This document shows positions 31,030-41,655 of a DNA stretch of 41,655 nucleotides, piece after piece. How positions within the stretch are numbered: the first letter of the stretch is position 1; the number at the start of each line of letters is the position of its first letter. The notes beneath the pieces were generated by a model. The model searched no databases. It was not told where the DNA came from and worked only from the letters and a program-made list of their open reading frames with translations. The position numbers and the translations under genes were made by a program. Location of the stretch: contig QHYA01000040.1 of assembly GCA_003223995.1 (NCBI GenBank), positions 1 through 41,655 of the forward strand, given 5' to 3'. The DNA comes from Acidobacteriota bacterium (lineage in GTDB: Bacteria; Acidobacteriota; Polarisedimenticolia; QHYA01).

Positions 31030-31482
31030 TCAGTCCGGCTGCACCTCTATCCGCCTGGGACGGCTCTCCATCTTCTTGGGGAGCGTGATGGTCAGCACGC
31101 CGTCACGGTAGGAGGCGGCGATCCTGTCCTGCTCCACACCGACCGGGAGCGAGAAGCTGCGAAGAAAGCGACCGTAGGAGCGCTCGACGCGGTGGAAGTG
31201 TTCAGCCTCGTCCCCACGGTCCATCCGTCGCTCCCCACGCAGCGTCAAGACCCCTTCCGCGAGGCTGATGTCGATGTCCTTCCTCGTCAAACCCGGCAAC
31301 TCGCAGTAGATGACGAGGTCTGTTTCGGTCTCGAGGATGTCCGCTGATGGAGTCCAGGAACCGACCGCGTTCGGGTCCTCTCCTCCGTACCTCGGCTCCG
31401 CGAGCGCCGTCTCGAAGAGACGATTCATTCTCTCCTGGATGGCAAGGAGGTCCTTGAATGGTTCGCGCACTTTGGAGGGCAT
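31030..31482 (-). CDS. Hsp20/alpha-crystallin small heat-shock protein
   Basis: ELPGL, LTLRGER, ERSYGRF and ASYRDGVLTITLPK motifs. Confidence 0.96.
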   Translation of the reverse strand: MPSKVREPFKDLLAIQERMNRLFETALAEPRYGGEDPNAVGSWTPSADILETETDLVIYCELPGLTRKDIDISLAEGVLTLRGERRMDRGDEAEHFHRVERSYGRFLRSFSLPVGVEQDRIAASYRDGVLTITLPKKMESRPRRIEVQPD

Positions 31483-31529
31483 TCTACCTTTCCTCCCGAT
31501 TCCTCGAGCGGCTCGCTGGGCGGAAGCCC

Positions 31530-33458
<1,929 letters not shown>

Positions 33459-33491
33459 TCGCGCGGACCTCCTCGCCTCATGTGTCCCTGT

Positions 33492-33520
33492 CTTCTAAGA
33501 CCGGTCGCAGGCGGTGTCAA
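33492..33520 (-). promoter_or_regulatory. Sigma70-type promoter upstream of dnaK
   Basis: Minus strand TTGACA-N17-TAGAAG, followed by a GAGGAGG RBS. Confidence 0.6.
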
Positions 33521-33557
33521 GGATCACCCTTCGACAGGACCACTCTTCGACCGTGTC

Positions 33558-34820
33558 TCAGCGACGCTGGGACCCTTCGAGCGCATCGATCCCTCCTTCG
33601 ATGACCAGCCTCTGGCTGGCGCTGAAGAAGTAGCTGACGGCCAGCGCGGTGTCGTTCTCTCCCGAGGGGCCGCTGCCCGAGATGTCGTAGCGGGTCGGCT
33701 CGATCCGGTACGAGTAGGGGCGACCCCAGGGATCGTGCAAGTCCTCGGGCGCGAGCACTCCTTGCGTTTCGAGAGCTTCCAGGGACTTCGGCAAGGCCCC
33801 CTTCTCGAGGTAGAAGACCCTCAACCCGAGGTCGATCCTGGAAAGCCGGCTCCTGCTGACAGGCCGGCTTACCTCGTCCGGGGTCAAGACCCCTCCCCTG
33901 CCGAGGGGCGAGAGGGGGTTCCAAGGCACCATCAACACGGACAGAACTGCGAGCAGGGGAAGACCCGCTCGGGCCACCGCGTTCCACGAGGAGCTCCTGC
34001 GTGCGTGGGCCGCGCCACCCGTCCCGGCGTCCTCCGTCTTCTCCTCCAGCAGGTTCCGGTTGAGCAGGTCGTAGAGGATCCTGCAGGTCTCGAAGTCACC
34101 CAACTTGGACCTGTCGATGACGTCCTGCACGGTGCTTCTGCCGTCGACTAGCCGGAAGACCGCCTCTTCCTCGGGAGCGAGGGATACCCCTCGCGGAAGG
34201 GAACCGTCCTGCCCGCCGAAGCCGAACTCGACGTCGGTGTCGTAAACCGAGCTTCCGCCTCGCGGTATGTGGGGGACGGTGTCCCTGGCCCTGGCGAAGA
34301 CGATATCGAAGGAGGGAATCCGCCTCTCGATGATCGGCCACTCATCCATCGTCCTGGCCCCCTCCATCAGGACGGTGTCGGCGCTCAGCGCTGTGAACAC
34401 CTGTGGGTCGTGGTCAACGCTTTCTTCCTGGCTGAAGTGGTACTCGCCGTCCTTCCAACGGAAGAGGTTGTAGATGATCTGTGTCATCTGGACCTGAAGG
34501 ACCTCCTTGAGGTCGGCCTGGGTGATCATCTTCTGGTCCAGAAGGATGGTGCCGAGCCGCTGCAGGGTGGAAGCCTGGATCTTCAGCGCTTCCTGTAACC
34601 GCGCTGGCGTGAGCTTGCCGGTCTTTACGAGCAAGGAGCCGATGCGCTCCTCCAGGCCACGGTGGACCGTCTCTGCATAAACAACCTGCCCATTCAGGAA
34701 GGAGACGGAGACAGCCTCTTCCTGCCGCCGCAGCGTGAGGACACCGGTTTTTCGCTGGATGCCGATCAACTGAAAGATGTCGGTCAGGCCGAAATCCTTC
34801 AGAGTCCCCTGAAGCGCCAC
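33558..34820 (-). CDS. DUF4388 (PATAN-like) protein with MshEN motif, TM helix and GspG-like C-terminal domain
   Basis: MALQGTLKDFGLTDIFQLIGIQRKTGVL (DUF4388), tandem RxG motifs, a hydrophobic LPLLAVLSVLMV segment and DPWGRPYSY. Confidence 0.85.
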   Translation of the reverse strand: MALQGTLKDFGLTDIFQLIGIQRKTGVLTLRRQEEAVSVSFLNGQVVYAETVHRGLEERIGSLLVKTGKLTPARLQEALKIQASTLQRLGTILLDQKMITQADLKEVLQVQMTQIIYNLFRWKDGEYHFSQEESVDHDPQVFTALSADTVLMEGARTMDEWPIIERRIPSFDIVFARARDTVPHIPRGGSSVYDTDVEFGFGGQDGSLPRGVSLAPEEEAVFRLVDGRSTVQDVIDRSKLGDFETCRILYDLLNRNLLEEKTEDAGTGGAAHARRSSSWNAVARAGLPLLAVLSVLMVPWNPLSPLGRGGVLTPDEVSRPVSRSRLSRIDLGLRVFYLEKGALPKSLEALETQGVLAPEDLHDPWGRPYSYRIEPTRYDISGSGPSGENDTALAVSYFFSASQRLVIEGGIDALEGSQRR

Positions 34821-34892
34821 ATCCTCCTCCGTGCGTTTCTTGTGTGGGGCAGCGGCAGCGGCTCGTTCAAGGCGATGGGCTCCATCCGCGTG

Positions 34893-36884
34893 CTACCTCG
34901 GCGCCCGGGCGAGCCAGTTGCCGGCCAGCCAGATGGCGATCGCCATCGCCACCGCCGGCGCCAGCAGCGTCATCCCGAAAGGCAGGGGCACTGCGGGAAC
35001 CAGCATCTTTCCGTGCAGCAGAAGAATCCCGAGCAGACCGCACCATGCCGCAAGCAGCAGCGTGCCGCCGAGCGTCTTTCCGGCAAGGACCCCGCCCCCT
35101 CCAGGCAAGACCAGGGATACCCACCTCGTCAGCCGTGCCGTCGTGCGGGCGTGCTTGGTGATCTCCGCGACCTTTTCCTGACGCACGCTCGGATGGAGAC
35201 CGTTGCGCCTGACCAGCAAGTAACGGCACTGCACGCAGTAGTCCGGAGTGTCGGAAGGGGCCTGGCAACGCTTGCAGAAGGGCCGACCGCACTGGATGCA
35301 CAGCGTCGCGGTCGATGTTCCGAGCGCGGCAGGAAGCAGCAAAGCCAGGACGATGAGGCCCAAGCCGATCAAGGAGGAGGCGGATGTCAGGCCTGAGCCG
35401 ACCATCGCCATGAAGCTTCCCCGCCAGGAGCCGCGCGAGAGGACCCGCTTCCAGATCTCCGACGGGGGCACCTCCGTGTCGATAGGCTCCCCGTCCTTCC
35501 CCTCCCTCTGACGGGCCTGCAACAGCGCGGCTATCCCCTCCGTGTTGACCTTCCTCCCCTGCTCCAGGGCCTCCTCCGCGTGCCGGAAGTCGAACATCTT
35601 CTGCTGGGCCAGGTAGAGGTTGACGTAACCCTCCAGAAACGCCGGCTCCAGCTCGATGGCGCGCCGGTAGGCCTGGCAGGCTTCGGCGTAGCGGCCGACC
35701 TCGAAGTAGAGATTGCCGATGTTGTTGTGAGGGCGGGGATCCCTGGGCGTCAGCTCGGCCGCCCGGAGGTACTGGGTCAGCGATTCCTGCAGAAAATGTC
35801 CGCGGGCATAGAGGGCCCCTAACAGCGACGGATACGCCGGATCCGATGGGTTGGCCGCGGCCAGATCCTCCAGAGCAAGGATGGATTCGGGCTGGTAGGA
35901 ACGGCCGGCGGTTTCCACGAGGACCTTCGCGGTGGGATCACCAGCCAGCCGGCAGACCGAGAGCGTCAGGATGCCCAATGGGGCCGCCAGCAGAACCAGC
36001 ACCAGCAGCGTCATTGAGAGAGCTTTCTCCCGCCAGTCGGCGTACCGGAAAAAGATGGCCAGCCAATACGCGGGCGTGAACGGGGCGAGCAGCCAGGTCA
36101 GAGTCGGAAGTAGCAGAGCAAGCCAACCGATCTGGCGGGCGGCGCCGGGGCCGGAGCGCCGGACCACAGCCTCCTCGATGTCGTGGCGCAGCGCCCGCTG
36201 GTAGCGAATCGTCAGCAGTCCGGAAAACGTGACCAGCAGCAGGCCGCAGGCGACAAGGCCAATGAGCATGCCATTGGCCAGAGTCCGGAAGCCATACCAG
36301 CCTTCTCTCAGGCTGGATGCGACAGCGGTGATCCAGTGGACCACCGCGCTGCTGATCCCCTCCCCTGACTCCCAAGCGACCTTGGCGAGCCCCATGTGGG
36401 CCTGCGGCAGGCCGGGGGAGAAGGTCAGGGCAGCAGAGTAGGATTCGCGCGCCTTGTTGAAATTCCCCTCGCCGAGGAACCCTTCCCCTTCGTGCACGAG
36501 CGCGGCTGCCAAGGTGGTGATCTTCTCGACCCCCATCTCCCGGCACAGCTCATCGATCTGCTTCAGCTCCTCGCGGGCAAGGTCGGTCAGGTTCTGCTTG
36601 AGCAGTGCCTTTCGCTTGAACCAGTGACCCTCGACGCGGGCGCGAAACTGCTCGAAGTTGAACCGGCGAGAGGAGAAGGTCTCGTTGTCGAGGGATGCGG
36701 CCTGCTCCCCCCGGCTCGATGGGCCCGCCGATGGAATCTGGATCCGCTCGGGAGCCTGAGTGAGCGGAGGAGAGACCCGCTTCCCAATCCGCTCCTCCGC
36801 CCGGCAGAGAGGCGCATGAAGGAGGAGACAGATCAGAAGGGTCGCAGACCCGAGCGGCAGTCCAGCGAAACGGCTTTCCTTCAC
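34893..36884 (-). CDS. Membrane protein with signal/TM segments, two TPR blocks and a C-terminal Cys-rich Zn motif
   Basis: TPR-like PHNNIGNLYFEVGRYAEACQAYRRAIELEP, several TM helices and CIQCGRPFCKRC...CVQC. Confidence 0.82.
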   Translation of the reverse strand: MKESRFAGLPLGSATLLICLLLHAPLCRAEERIGKRVSPPLTQAPERIQIPSAGPSSRGEQAASLDNETFSSRRFNFEQFRARVEGHWFKRKALLKQNLTDLAREELKQIDELCREMGVEKITTLAAALVHEGEGFLGEGNFNKARESYSAALTFSPGLPQAHMGLAKVAWESGEGISSAVVHWITAVASSLREGWYGFRTLANGMLIGLVACGLLLVTFSGLLTIRYQRALRHDIEEAVVRRSGPGAARQIGWLALLLPTLTWLLAPFTPAYWLAIFFRYADWREKALSMTLLVLVLLAAPLGILTLSVCRLAGDPTAKVLVETAGRSYQPESILALEDLAAANPSDPAYPSLLGALYARGHFLQESLTQYLRAAELTPRDPRPHNNIGNLYFEVGRYAEACQAYRRAIELEPAFLEGYVNLYLAQQKMFDFRHAEEALEQGRKVNTEGIAALLQARQREGKDGEPIDTEVPPSEIWKRVLSRGSWRGSFMAMVGSGLTSASSLIGLGLIVLALLLPAALGTSTATLCIQCGRPFCKRCQAPSDTPDYCVQCRYLLVRRNGLHPSVRQEKVAEITKHARTTARLTRWVSLVLPGGGGVLAGKTLGGTLLLAAWCGLLGILLLHGKMLVPAVPLPFGMTLLAPAVAMAIAIWLAGNWLARAPR

Positions 36885-36929
36885 CGTTCTCTTCGCTGCT
36901 CTCCGTTGGCCGGGACGGTCGCGCCCGGC

Positions 36930-37376
36930 TCAGCGCCGCGAACCGGCAGCGGTGGAATTGACGAAGTGCAGCCGGAGCTCGTAGAGGACCTGCTCCAGCA
37001 AACGATGCTCCTCTTCATTCAGATTCCCCATGGTCTTCTGCTGGAGCAGCGAGAGAATGTCGATCATCTGCCGGGCCTCATCGATGTTCACAGCGCCCTC
37101 GCCGGTGGCGGGATCGTTGATCAGTCCCAGGTGAACAAGCGCCGAGGTCCGGAAAGAAAGGACCAGGGCGGTGAAGTCAACGGCAGGCAGGCCCTCTCCT
37201 TCTTGAGACTCCTCCGGCTGACGAGTGAAACCGAGGCCCTGGCGGGATCCCGTGGTTCTTTCTCCAGAAGAATGGCCGGGAACCTGCTCCTGGTCGGGCT
37301 GGCGCCTGGAGCCGTCCATGCCGAAATGCCGCTTGTCCGTGATCTTTATCGAAGAGCGTCCAGGGTCTTCAGCCAT
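36930..37376 (-). CDS. DUF1844 domain protein
   Basis: FTALVLSF...ALVHLG...ARQMIDILSLLQQKTMGNL...EQVLYELRLHFV. ATG at 37376 (MAEDPG...ITDKRHF). Confidence 0.85.
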   Translation of the reverse strand: MAEDPGRSSIKITDKRHFGMDGSRRQPDQEQVPGHSSGERTTGSRQGLGFTRQPEESQEGEGLPAVDFTALVLSFRTSALVHLGLINDPATGEGAVNIDEARQMIDILSLLQQKTMGNLNEEEHRLLEQVLYELRLHFVNSTAAGSRR

Positions 37377-37394
37377 ACGGTCTGTAATGTAAAT

Positions 37395-38156
37395 GCGGTC
37401 TACCTCCTGGAGGAAGCGTACGAGGTCGTGGACGCCATCGATTCGAAAGCCCCGAAGGCCCTCCGCGAGGAACTCGGCGATCTGATCTTCCAGATCGTTT
37501 TCCTCTCGCGCATCGCGAAGGAGAAGGGGGAGTTCACCGTGGACGATGTCCTGCGAGACATCACCGACAAGATGGTCCGACGCCATCCCCACGTCTTCGG
37601 CCAGGCCAGTGCCGGAACCGCCCGTGAAGTGCTGCGCCAGTGGGAGGAGATCAAGCGCGCGGAGCGAGCCGAAGAGGAGCCCTCGACCCTCGACGGTGTG
37701 CCCCGCAGCCTGCCCGCCCTGCTGCGCGCACAGAGATTGACGACGAAGGCGGCGCGGGTCGGGTTCGACTGGCCGGGGCCGGAGGAGGTCCTCGCCAAGG
37801 TAGAGGAAGAGATCTCCGAGTTGCGGGGAGCGATCTCCGCCGAACCGACGCAGAAGGTCTCCGAGAAAGTCTCCGAGAAAGTCTCCGAGGAACTGGGCGA
37901 TATTCTCTTCGCAGTCTCCAACCTGGCCCGGCATCTCGGTGTCGATCCCGAGACGGCACTGCAGAGGACCAATTCCAAGTTCATTCGACGGTTCCGGAGG
38001 ATGGAAGAGCTGCTGCGGGAGCGGCGAACCACTCCGGGCGAGGTGTCTCTCGCCGAGCTGGACCTCCTGTGGGAGCGGGCCAAACTCGAGGAGCGGCAAG
38101 AAGAGCCCCTGGGCTCGGACAGCCCGGGAAGGCCCGTCCCTACCGAAGGCCCATAG
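37395..38156 (+). pseudogene. mazG: MazG nucleoside triphosphate pyrophosphohydrolase, 5' end missing
   Basis: YLLEEAYE, EELGDL, RRHPHVF, GFDW and a second EELGD motif. The N-terminal CPWD segment and a plausible start codon are absent. Confidence 0.85.
37852..37889. repeat. 12-bp tandem repeat x3 (KVSE)3 in mazG
   Basis: AGAAGGTCTCCG AGAAAGTCTCCG AGAAAGTCTCCG AG. Confidence 0.9.
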
Positions 38157-38279
38157 TGTTCCGTCTCCGGTATCTCCTGGCCGTCGGCCTCCGACGCATC
38201 CCGGCCTGCATTCACATGGTCAAGTGTCACGCGGCTGCAAGAGGTTACAGGCACCTGCAGACTCAATTGTGAAGGAGTC

Positions 38280-39447
38280 ATGGATCGAAGAGGTGTAGTG
38301 GGGCGGTTGCGCGTCGCTCCTCTGCCTCCTCCTTCAACCGTCCGGCAGCGGTTGCTGCACTGGTACCGTCGAAACCGCAGGTCGCTGCCGTGGCGCCGCA
38401 CACGTGATCCCTACGCGATCCTCGTTTCCGAGGTCATGCTCCAGCAAACGACTGTCAGAGCGATGCTTCCCTACTATCGGGCCTTCATCGAGCGATTCCC
38501 TGACTGGCGGAGGCTCGCCGAAGCTTCCGAGGATGAGATCCTCTCCTCATGGGCGGGGCTCGGCTACTACGCCCGCGCCCGGAACCTTCACAGGCCTCGA
38601 CGCGAACGCCAGTCGCGTTCTCGCGCGCTTCTACGGCGTACGGGGCGAGCTGCGCCGTGGGGATGCTCACCGCCGCCTCCGCTCGTTGGCTGTCTCGCTG
38701 CTTGGAGAGGAGAACGGCGAAACGGTACGCACTGTCCCCGCCGGGGAGCTCAACCAGGCACTGATGGAGCTCGGAGCGCTCGTCTGCTCCGCCGTTTCTC
38801 CCGATTGCCCCTCATGCCCGTTGAGAGAGGACTGTCGCGCTCTCGCTCTCGGTCGTGCCGGAAAAAGGCCTGCTCGCTCTCGACGCCGCGCGACGGTGGA
38901 GGTGGCCTCCTCGGCCGCTCTTATCCGCAAGGCGGGGTGCTTGCTGCTGGCTCGCCGCGGCGAGGGCGAGCTGATGGGGCATTTCTGGGAGCTGCCCGGC
39001 ACGTTCGCGGCCGACCTGGAGAACACCCGAAAGGGGCGCGGTGGAGCGAAGAGGACCCATCCTCTCCGCCTCCCCGTGCGGGATTCCTCGCCCCGAGTGG
39101 ACAACCGGGAGCGGGATCAGACTGGTCCGGAGCACAGGAAGCAGCTCTTGGTCCAGGAGAGCGTGCTCGCGGAGCGCCTCGCGGATCATCTCTCCCGCCG
39201 CTACGGATTGCGGGCCGCGATCGGAGCTCCTGCCGGCCGAATTCGCCACGCGGTCACGTTCCGGAGGATCCTGCTGATGGTCTTCGAGGCGCGCCTCGAG
39301 GGCGCCTCGAGCGTCCGCGGGGACGCGGAGCTTCTCTGGGTCTCTCCGGAGCGGCTCGCCGAGCTTCCTGTTGCGACGCTCACCCGCAAGGCGGTGAGCG
39401 CTTTCGCTCTCGGCGGGCGCCACATTACAATCCCTTCGCCTGCCTGA
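38280..39447 (+). pseudogene. mutY: A/G-specific adenine glycosylase MutY with internal deletion and frameshift near 38594
   Basis: LPWR, SEVMLQQT and GLGYYARARNLH are in one frame. LDAN, NQALMELGALVC, the CxxxxxxCxxCxxxxxC Fe-S motif and a NUDIX-like tail are in another. The HhH segment is missing. Confidence 0.88.
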
Positions 39448-39465
39448 TTGGCACGGAGGCGCCTC

Positions 39466-40106
39466 ATGGATCCGGCGATGCTGGCCTCGGTGATCGAACG
39501 CTACGCACGGGTGTCCACCTTCCCGCTTGGCGTCAAGATGCTGGGAGAGCAGGATCCGCTGCCCGAAAAGGCGAAGATCCCCGAGAGGGACTTCGGACAC
39601 CGGCTCGCCGTGTGCCAGACCTACACGATCGCCCGCCGCTACGATCCCAGGTCCCGCGATTCGAGCCGGGAAAATACAAGCGAATTCTCGCCTTTCCCCT
39701 GTTCCGCGCCGACAGGGAGCCGGACGTGGTGCTGATTTACGGAAACAGCGCCCAGGTCATGCTCCTTCTTGCCGCCTCGCTCTACGAGCGTGGCGGCTAT
39801 CTCACCTGTCGTTTCTCTCCCCGCATCGACTGCTCGGAAAGCGTCGTGCGGACGATGCTCACCGGTCAGCCCCAGGTGATCCTTCCCTGCTACGGCGACC
39901 GGACCGTCGGGGGAACCGAAGATCACGAGATGGCCTTCTCCTTTCCGTGGAGCATCGCGGAGGAGATAGCGCGGGGACTGGCGGGGCTTCATCGGGGTGG
40001 CGTGCGCTACCCGATCCCATCGAACCTGCGAGGTGAACCGCGCTTCCCCCCGAAGTACGTCGAGCTCGACGAGAAACTGCAGCGGATGCCTCCCCCCTCC
40101 GATTGA
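39466..40106 (+). pseudogene. DUF169 family protein with internal deletion and frameshift near 39643
   Basis: GGAGG RBS and ATG 39466, then FPLGVKML...CQ..IARRY. The frame then switches to EPDVVLIYGNSAQV...CSE...PCYGDR...EMAFSFP. Confidence 0.78.
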
Positions 40107-40156
40107 CCGTTCGTCCGGGGGAAGGATAGGGCCGCGCTCTCCGCAGGAGACCAAGC

Positions 40157-40480
40157 GTGCCGAAATTCGAACGGCACATATTCGTCTGCGAGAACCGCAG
40201 GCCGCCCGGTCACCCGAAGGGTTGCTGTGCGGAGAAAGGATCCGAGCAGCTTCGCGCGCTCTTCAAGGAGTCGCTCCGGAGACACGGGCTGAATGGAAAG
40301 GTGCGCGCGAACATGTCCGGATGCCTGGACCAATGCGAGCACGGCATCTCGGTGGTGATCTACCCCGATGCCGTCTGGTACGGCGCCGTGAAACCCGAGG
40401 ATGTCGAGGAGATCGTCGAGCGGCACATCATCAGGGGAGAGATCGTCGAACGTCTCCTGATGCGTCATATGCTCGACTGA
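40157..40480 (+). CDS. Thioredoxin-like [2Fe-2S] ferredoxin
   Basis: HIFVC...GCC...SGCLDQC...VIYPDAVWY motifs. Confidence 0.93.
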   Translation: MPKFERHIFVCENRRPPGHPKGCCAEKGSEQLRALFKESLRRHGLNGKVRANMSGCLDQCEHGISVVIYPDAVWYGAVKPEDVEEIVERHIIRGEIVERLLMRHMLD

Positions 40481-40508
40481 CCCGTTGAAGGGATCGGTGA
40501 ACTCGGCG

Positions 40509-41321
40509 ATGCCCTCTGAGACGATCGCCGGGGCGCGTGTCCATTACATCGCCATCCCTCCTCCCGAAGCCGATGGAGCCGCGGGAAAGCATGTGGCCCT
40601 GTTCATCCACGGCGCCGGAGGCGATCATACCGTCTGGGGGAACCAGCTTGCCGCGCTCCGTGGCCGCTTCCGGGCCGTCGCCGTCGATCTTCCGGGACAC
40701 GGCCGTTCGGAGCGAAGGTTCGACATGTCGGTCGCGGCGAACGCCGGCGTGATCGCGGCGCTGATCAAACGGCTCGCCATCGAGCGGCCCGTTCTCATCG
40801 GGCATTCGATGGGGGGCGCGGTGGCCCTTCAGTGCGCTCTGGACTACCCGGCTGTTGCCGTGGCCCTGGTCGTGATCTCGAGCGGCGCGAAGCTGGGTGT
40901 CGCCCCGCGGGTCTTGGATTTGATCGAGAACGACCCGGCGGCCGCCCTGGGCGAGATCGCCGCCGCCTCCTACGCGCAAGGGGCCCCTTTCGCGCTGGTC
41001 GAAGAAGGGCGGGCCGCCCTTGCGCGCTGCCCTCATGAAGTGCTGCTGTCGGATTTCAGGGCTTGCAACGAGTTCGACATCCGGGGCCGGGTGCCCCAGA
41101 TCCGCCTGCCGCTTCTGGCGATCTGCGGAACCGAGGATCGGCTCACTTTCCCGAAATACTCGGAGTGGCTGGTCTCCTCGGTGCCCCGGGCGAGGCTGGT
41201 CCTCGTTTCCGGAGCAGGCCATCTCGTCATGATCGAGAAACCCACCGAAGTTTCCCGCTCCCTGAGCGAGTTTCTCGAGGACTTGCCCGAGGCGAGAGGA
41301 TCGCCAGAGAGGGCGGAATGA
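40509..41321 (+). CDS. Alpha/beta fold hydrolase
   Basis: HGAGG, DLPGHG, nucleophile GHSMG, GTEDR and GAGH. Start ATG 40509 or TTG 40485. Confidence 0.92.
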   Translation: MPSETIAGARVHYIAIPPPEADGAAGKHVALFIHGAGGDHTVWGNQLAALRGRFRAVAVDLPGHGRSERRFDMSVAANAGVIAALIKRLAIERPVLIGHSMGGAVALQCALDYPAVAVALVVISSGAKLGVAPRVLDLIENDPAAALGEIAAASYAQGAPFALVEEGRAALARCPHEVLLSDFRACNEFDIRGRVPQIRLPLLAICGTEDRLTFPKYSEWLVSSVPRARLVLVSGAGHLVMIEKPTEVSRSLSEFLEDLPEARGSPERAE

Positions 41322-41373
41322 GGCGTTGCTTGTGGGTAAATCGTGGCCCCAGGCGCGCATCGACACCCGAGAT

Positions 41374-41433
41374 AAAACGACCCCCCGGGAGCGGGCGGGG
41401 GGGGATGGCGGTGCCCGGCTCCCGGGGGGATCG
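41374..41433 (-). terminator. GC-rich intrinsic terminator hairpin
   Basis: CCCCCCGGGAGC (41381-41392) pairs with GCTCCCGGGGGG (41418-41429), with extensions on both sides. TTTT follows on the minus strand. Confidence 0.7.
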
Positions 41434-41517
41434 AAGTAGAGCCGTCTCGCCGAGCACAGCCGCCAGGAGCCCTCACCCTGGATTAACTTTGCGGTTCTCT
41501 GCGCGCGGCGTGACCGC
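41374..41517 (-). ncRNA. Candidate structured small RNA (~144 nt)
   Basis: TATAGT -10 at 41523-41528, three consecutive hairpins (41491-41517, 41463-41481, 41441-41460), then the terminator. Confidence 0.4.
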
Positions 41518-41529
41518 TTTACACTATAC

Positions 41530-41655
41530 CTAGGGCCTCGCGGTTTGCGACGCCCCCGTCTCGCCCGCCTTGGCCATCTCTCCCATAAGTGGTGCAATCG
41601 GGTCGAGCACGCGGATCACGACCCGGCGGTTCTGCGCCCGGCCATCCCGGCTGGA
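41530..41655 (-). CDS. 3' end of an OmpA/MotB-family peptidoglycan-binding protein (partial)
   Basis: Not in the ORF track. My translation SSRDGRAQNRRVVIRVLDP...TARP* contains the OmpA C-terminal GRAxNRRV motif. TAG at 41530-41532. Confidence 0.85.
   Translation of the reverse strand, partial: SSRDGRAQNRRVVIRVLDPIAPLMGEMAKAGETGASQTARP

Noticed and set aside
33459-33557. CIRCE element upstream of dnaK
   Set aside because: No TTAGCACTC-N9-GAGTGCTAA or close variant was found.
36396-38156. 586-aa plus-strand and 389-aa minus-strand overlapping ORFs
   Set aside because: These are N-terminal over-extensions of mazG and DUF1844 into each other's antisense strand.
39448-39464. TTGGCACG resembling a sigma54 -24 box
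   Set aside because: There is no GC at the -12 position, and the sequence is explained by the GGAGG RBS of DUF169.
38280-40106. 608-aa ORF that looks like a MutY-DUF169 fusion
   Set aside because: It is an accidental chimera. Two compensating frameshifts put the MutY N-terminus and the DUF169 C-terminus in one stop-free frame, and DUF169 has its own RBS and ATG at 39466.

Overview
GC-rich bacterial chromosomal window, mostly housekeeping genes on the minus strand. The gene content suggests Acidobacteriota (inference from the HU, the long LptC/LptA-type protein and a conserved hypothetical). Genes include der, HU, a site-2 protease, comEC, coaX-birA-nadC-valS, an isobutyryl-CoA-mutase-type mutase pair with acyl-CoA dehydrogenase, hpf-rpoN-lptB-lptC/A, thiolase-hbd-crotonase-LeuA-like, a DnaC-like ATPase, a sigma70 paralog, hsp20-dnaK, mazG, mutY, DUF169, a ferredoxin and an alpha/beta hydrolase. 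I saw no rRNA, tRNA, CRISPR array or intact mobile element. Five signals stand out. (1) Scattered parts resemble a Myxococcus-type polarity system: an orphan MglA GTPase with a long C-terminal extension, a Zn-ribbon/Pro-rich neighbour missed by the ORF track, and RomR next to valS. (2) A DUF4388 protein carries a tandem MshEN c-di-GMP motif, a TM helix and a pseudopilin-like head, beside a TPR/Zn membrane protein. (3) A ~144-nt four-hairpin sRNA candidate with its own -10 and terminator follows an ompA-family gene. (4) A conserved hypothetical protein looks DnaD-domain-like. (5) Blocks of roughly 35-50 codons are missing from several unrelated genes, plus two 1-nt frameshifts, which points to assembly artefact or genome erosion. 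All family assignments are by motif recognition; no database search was run.
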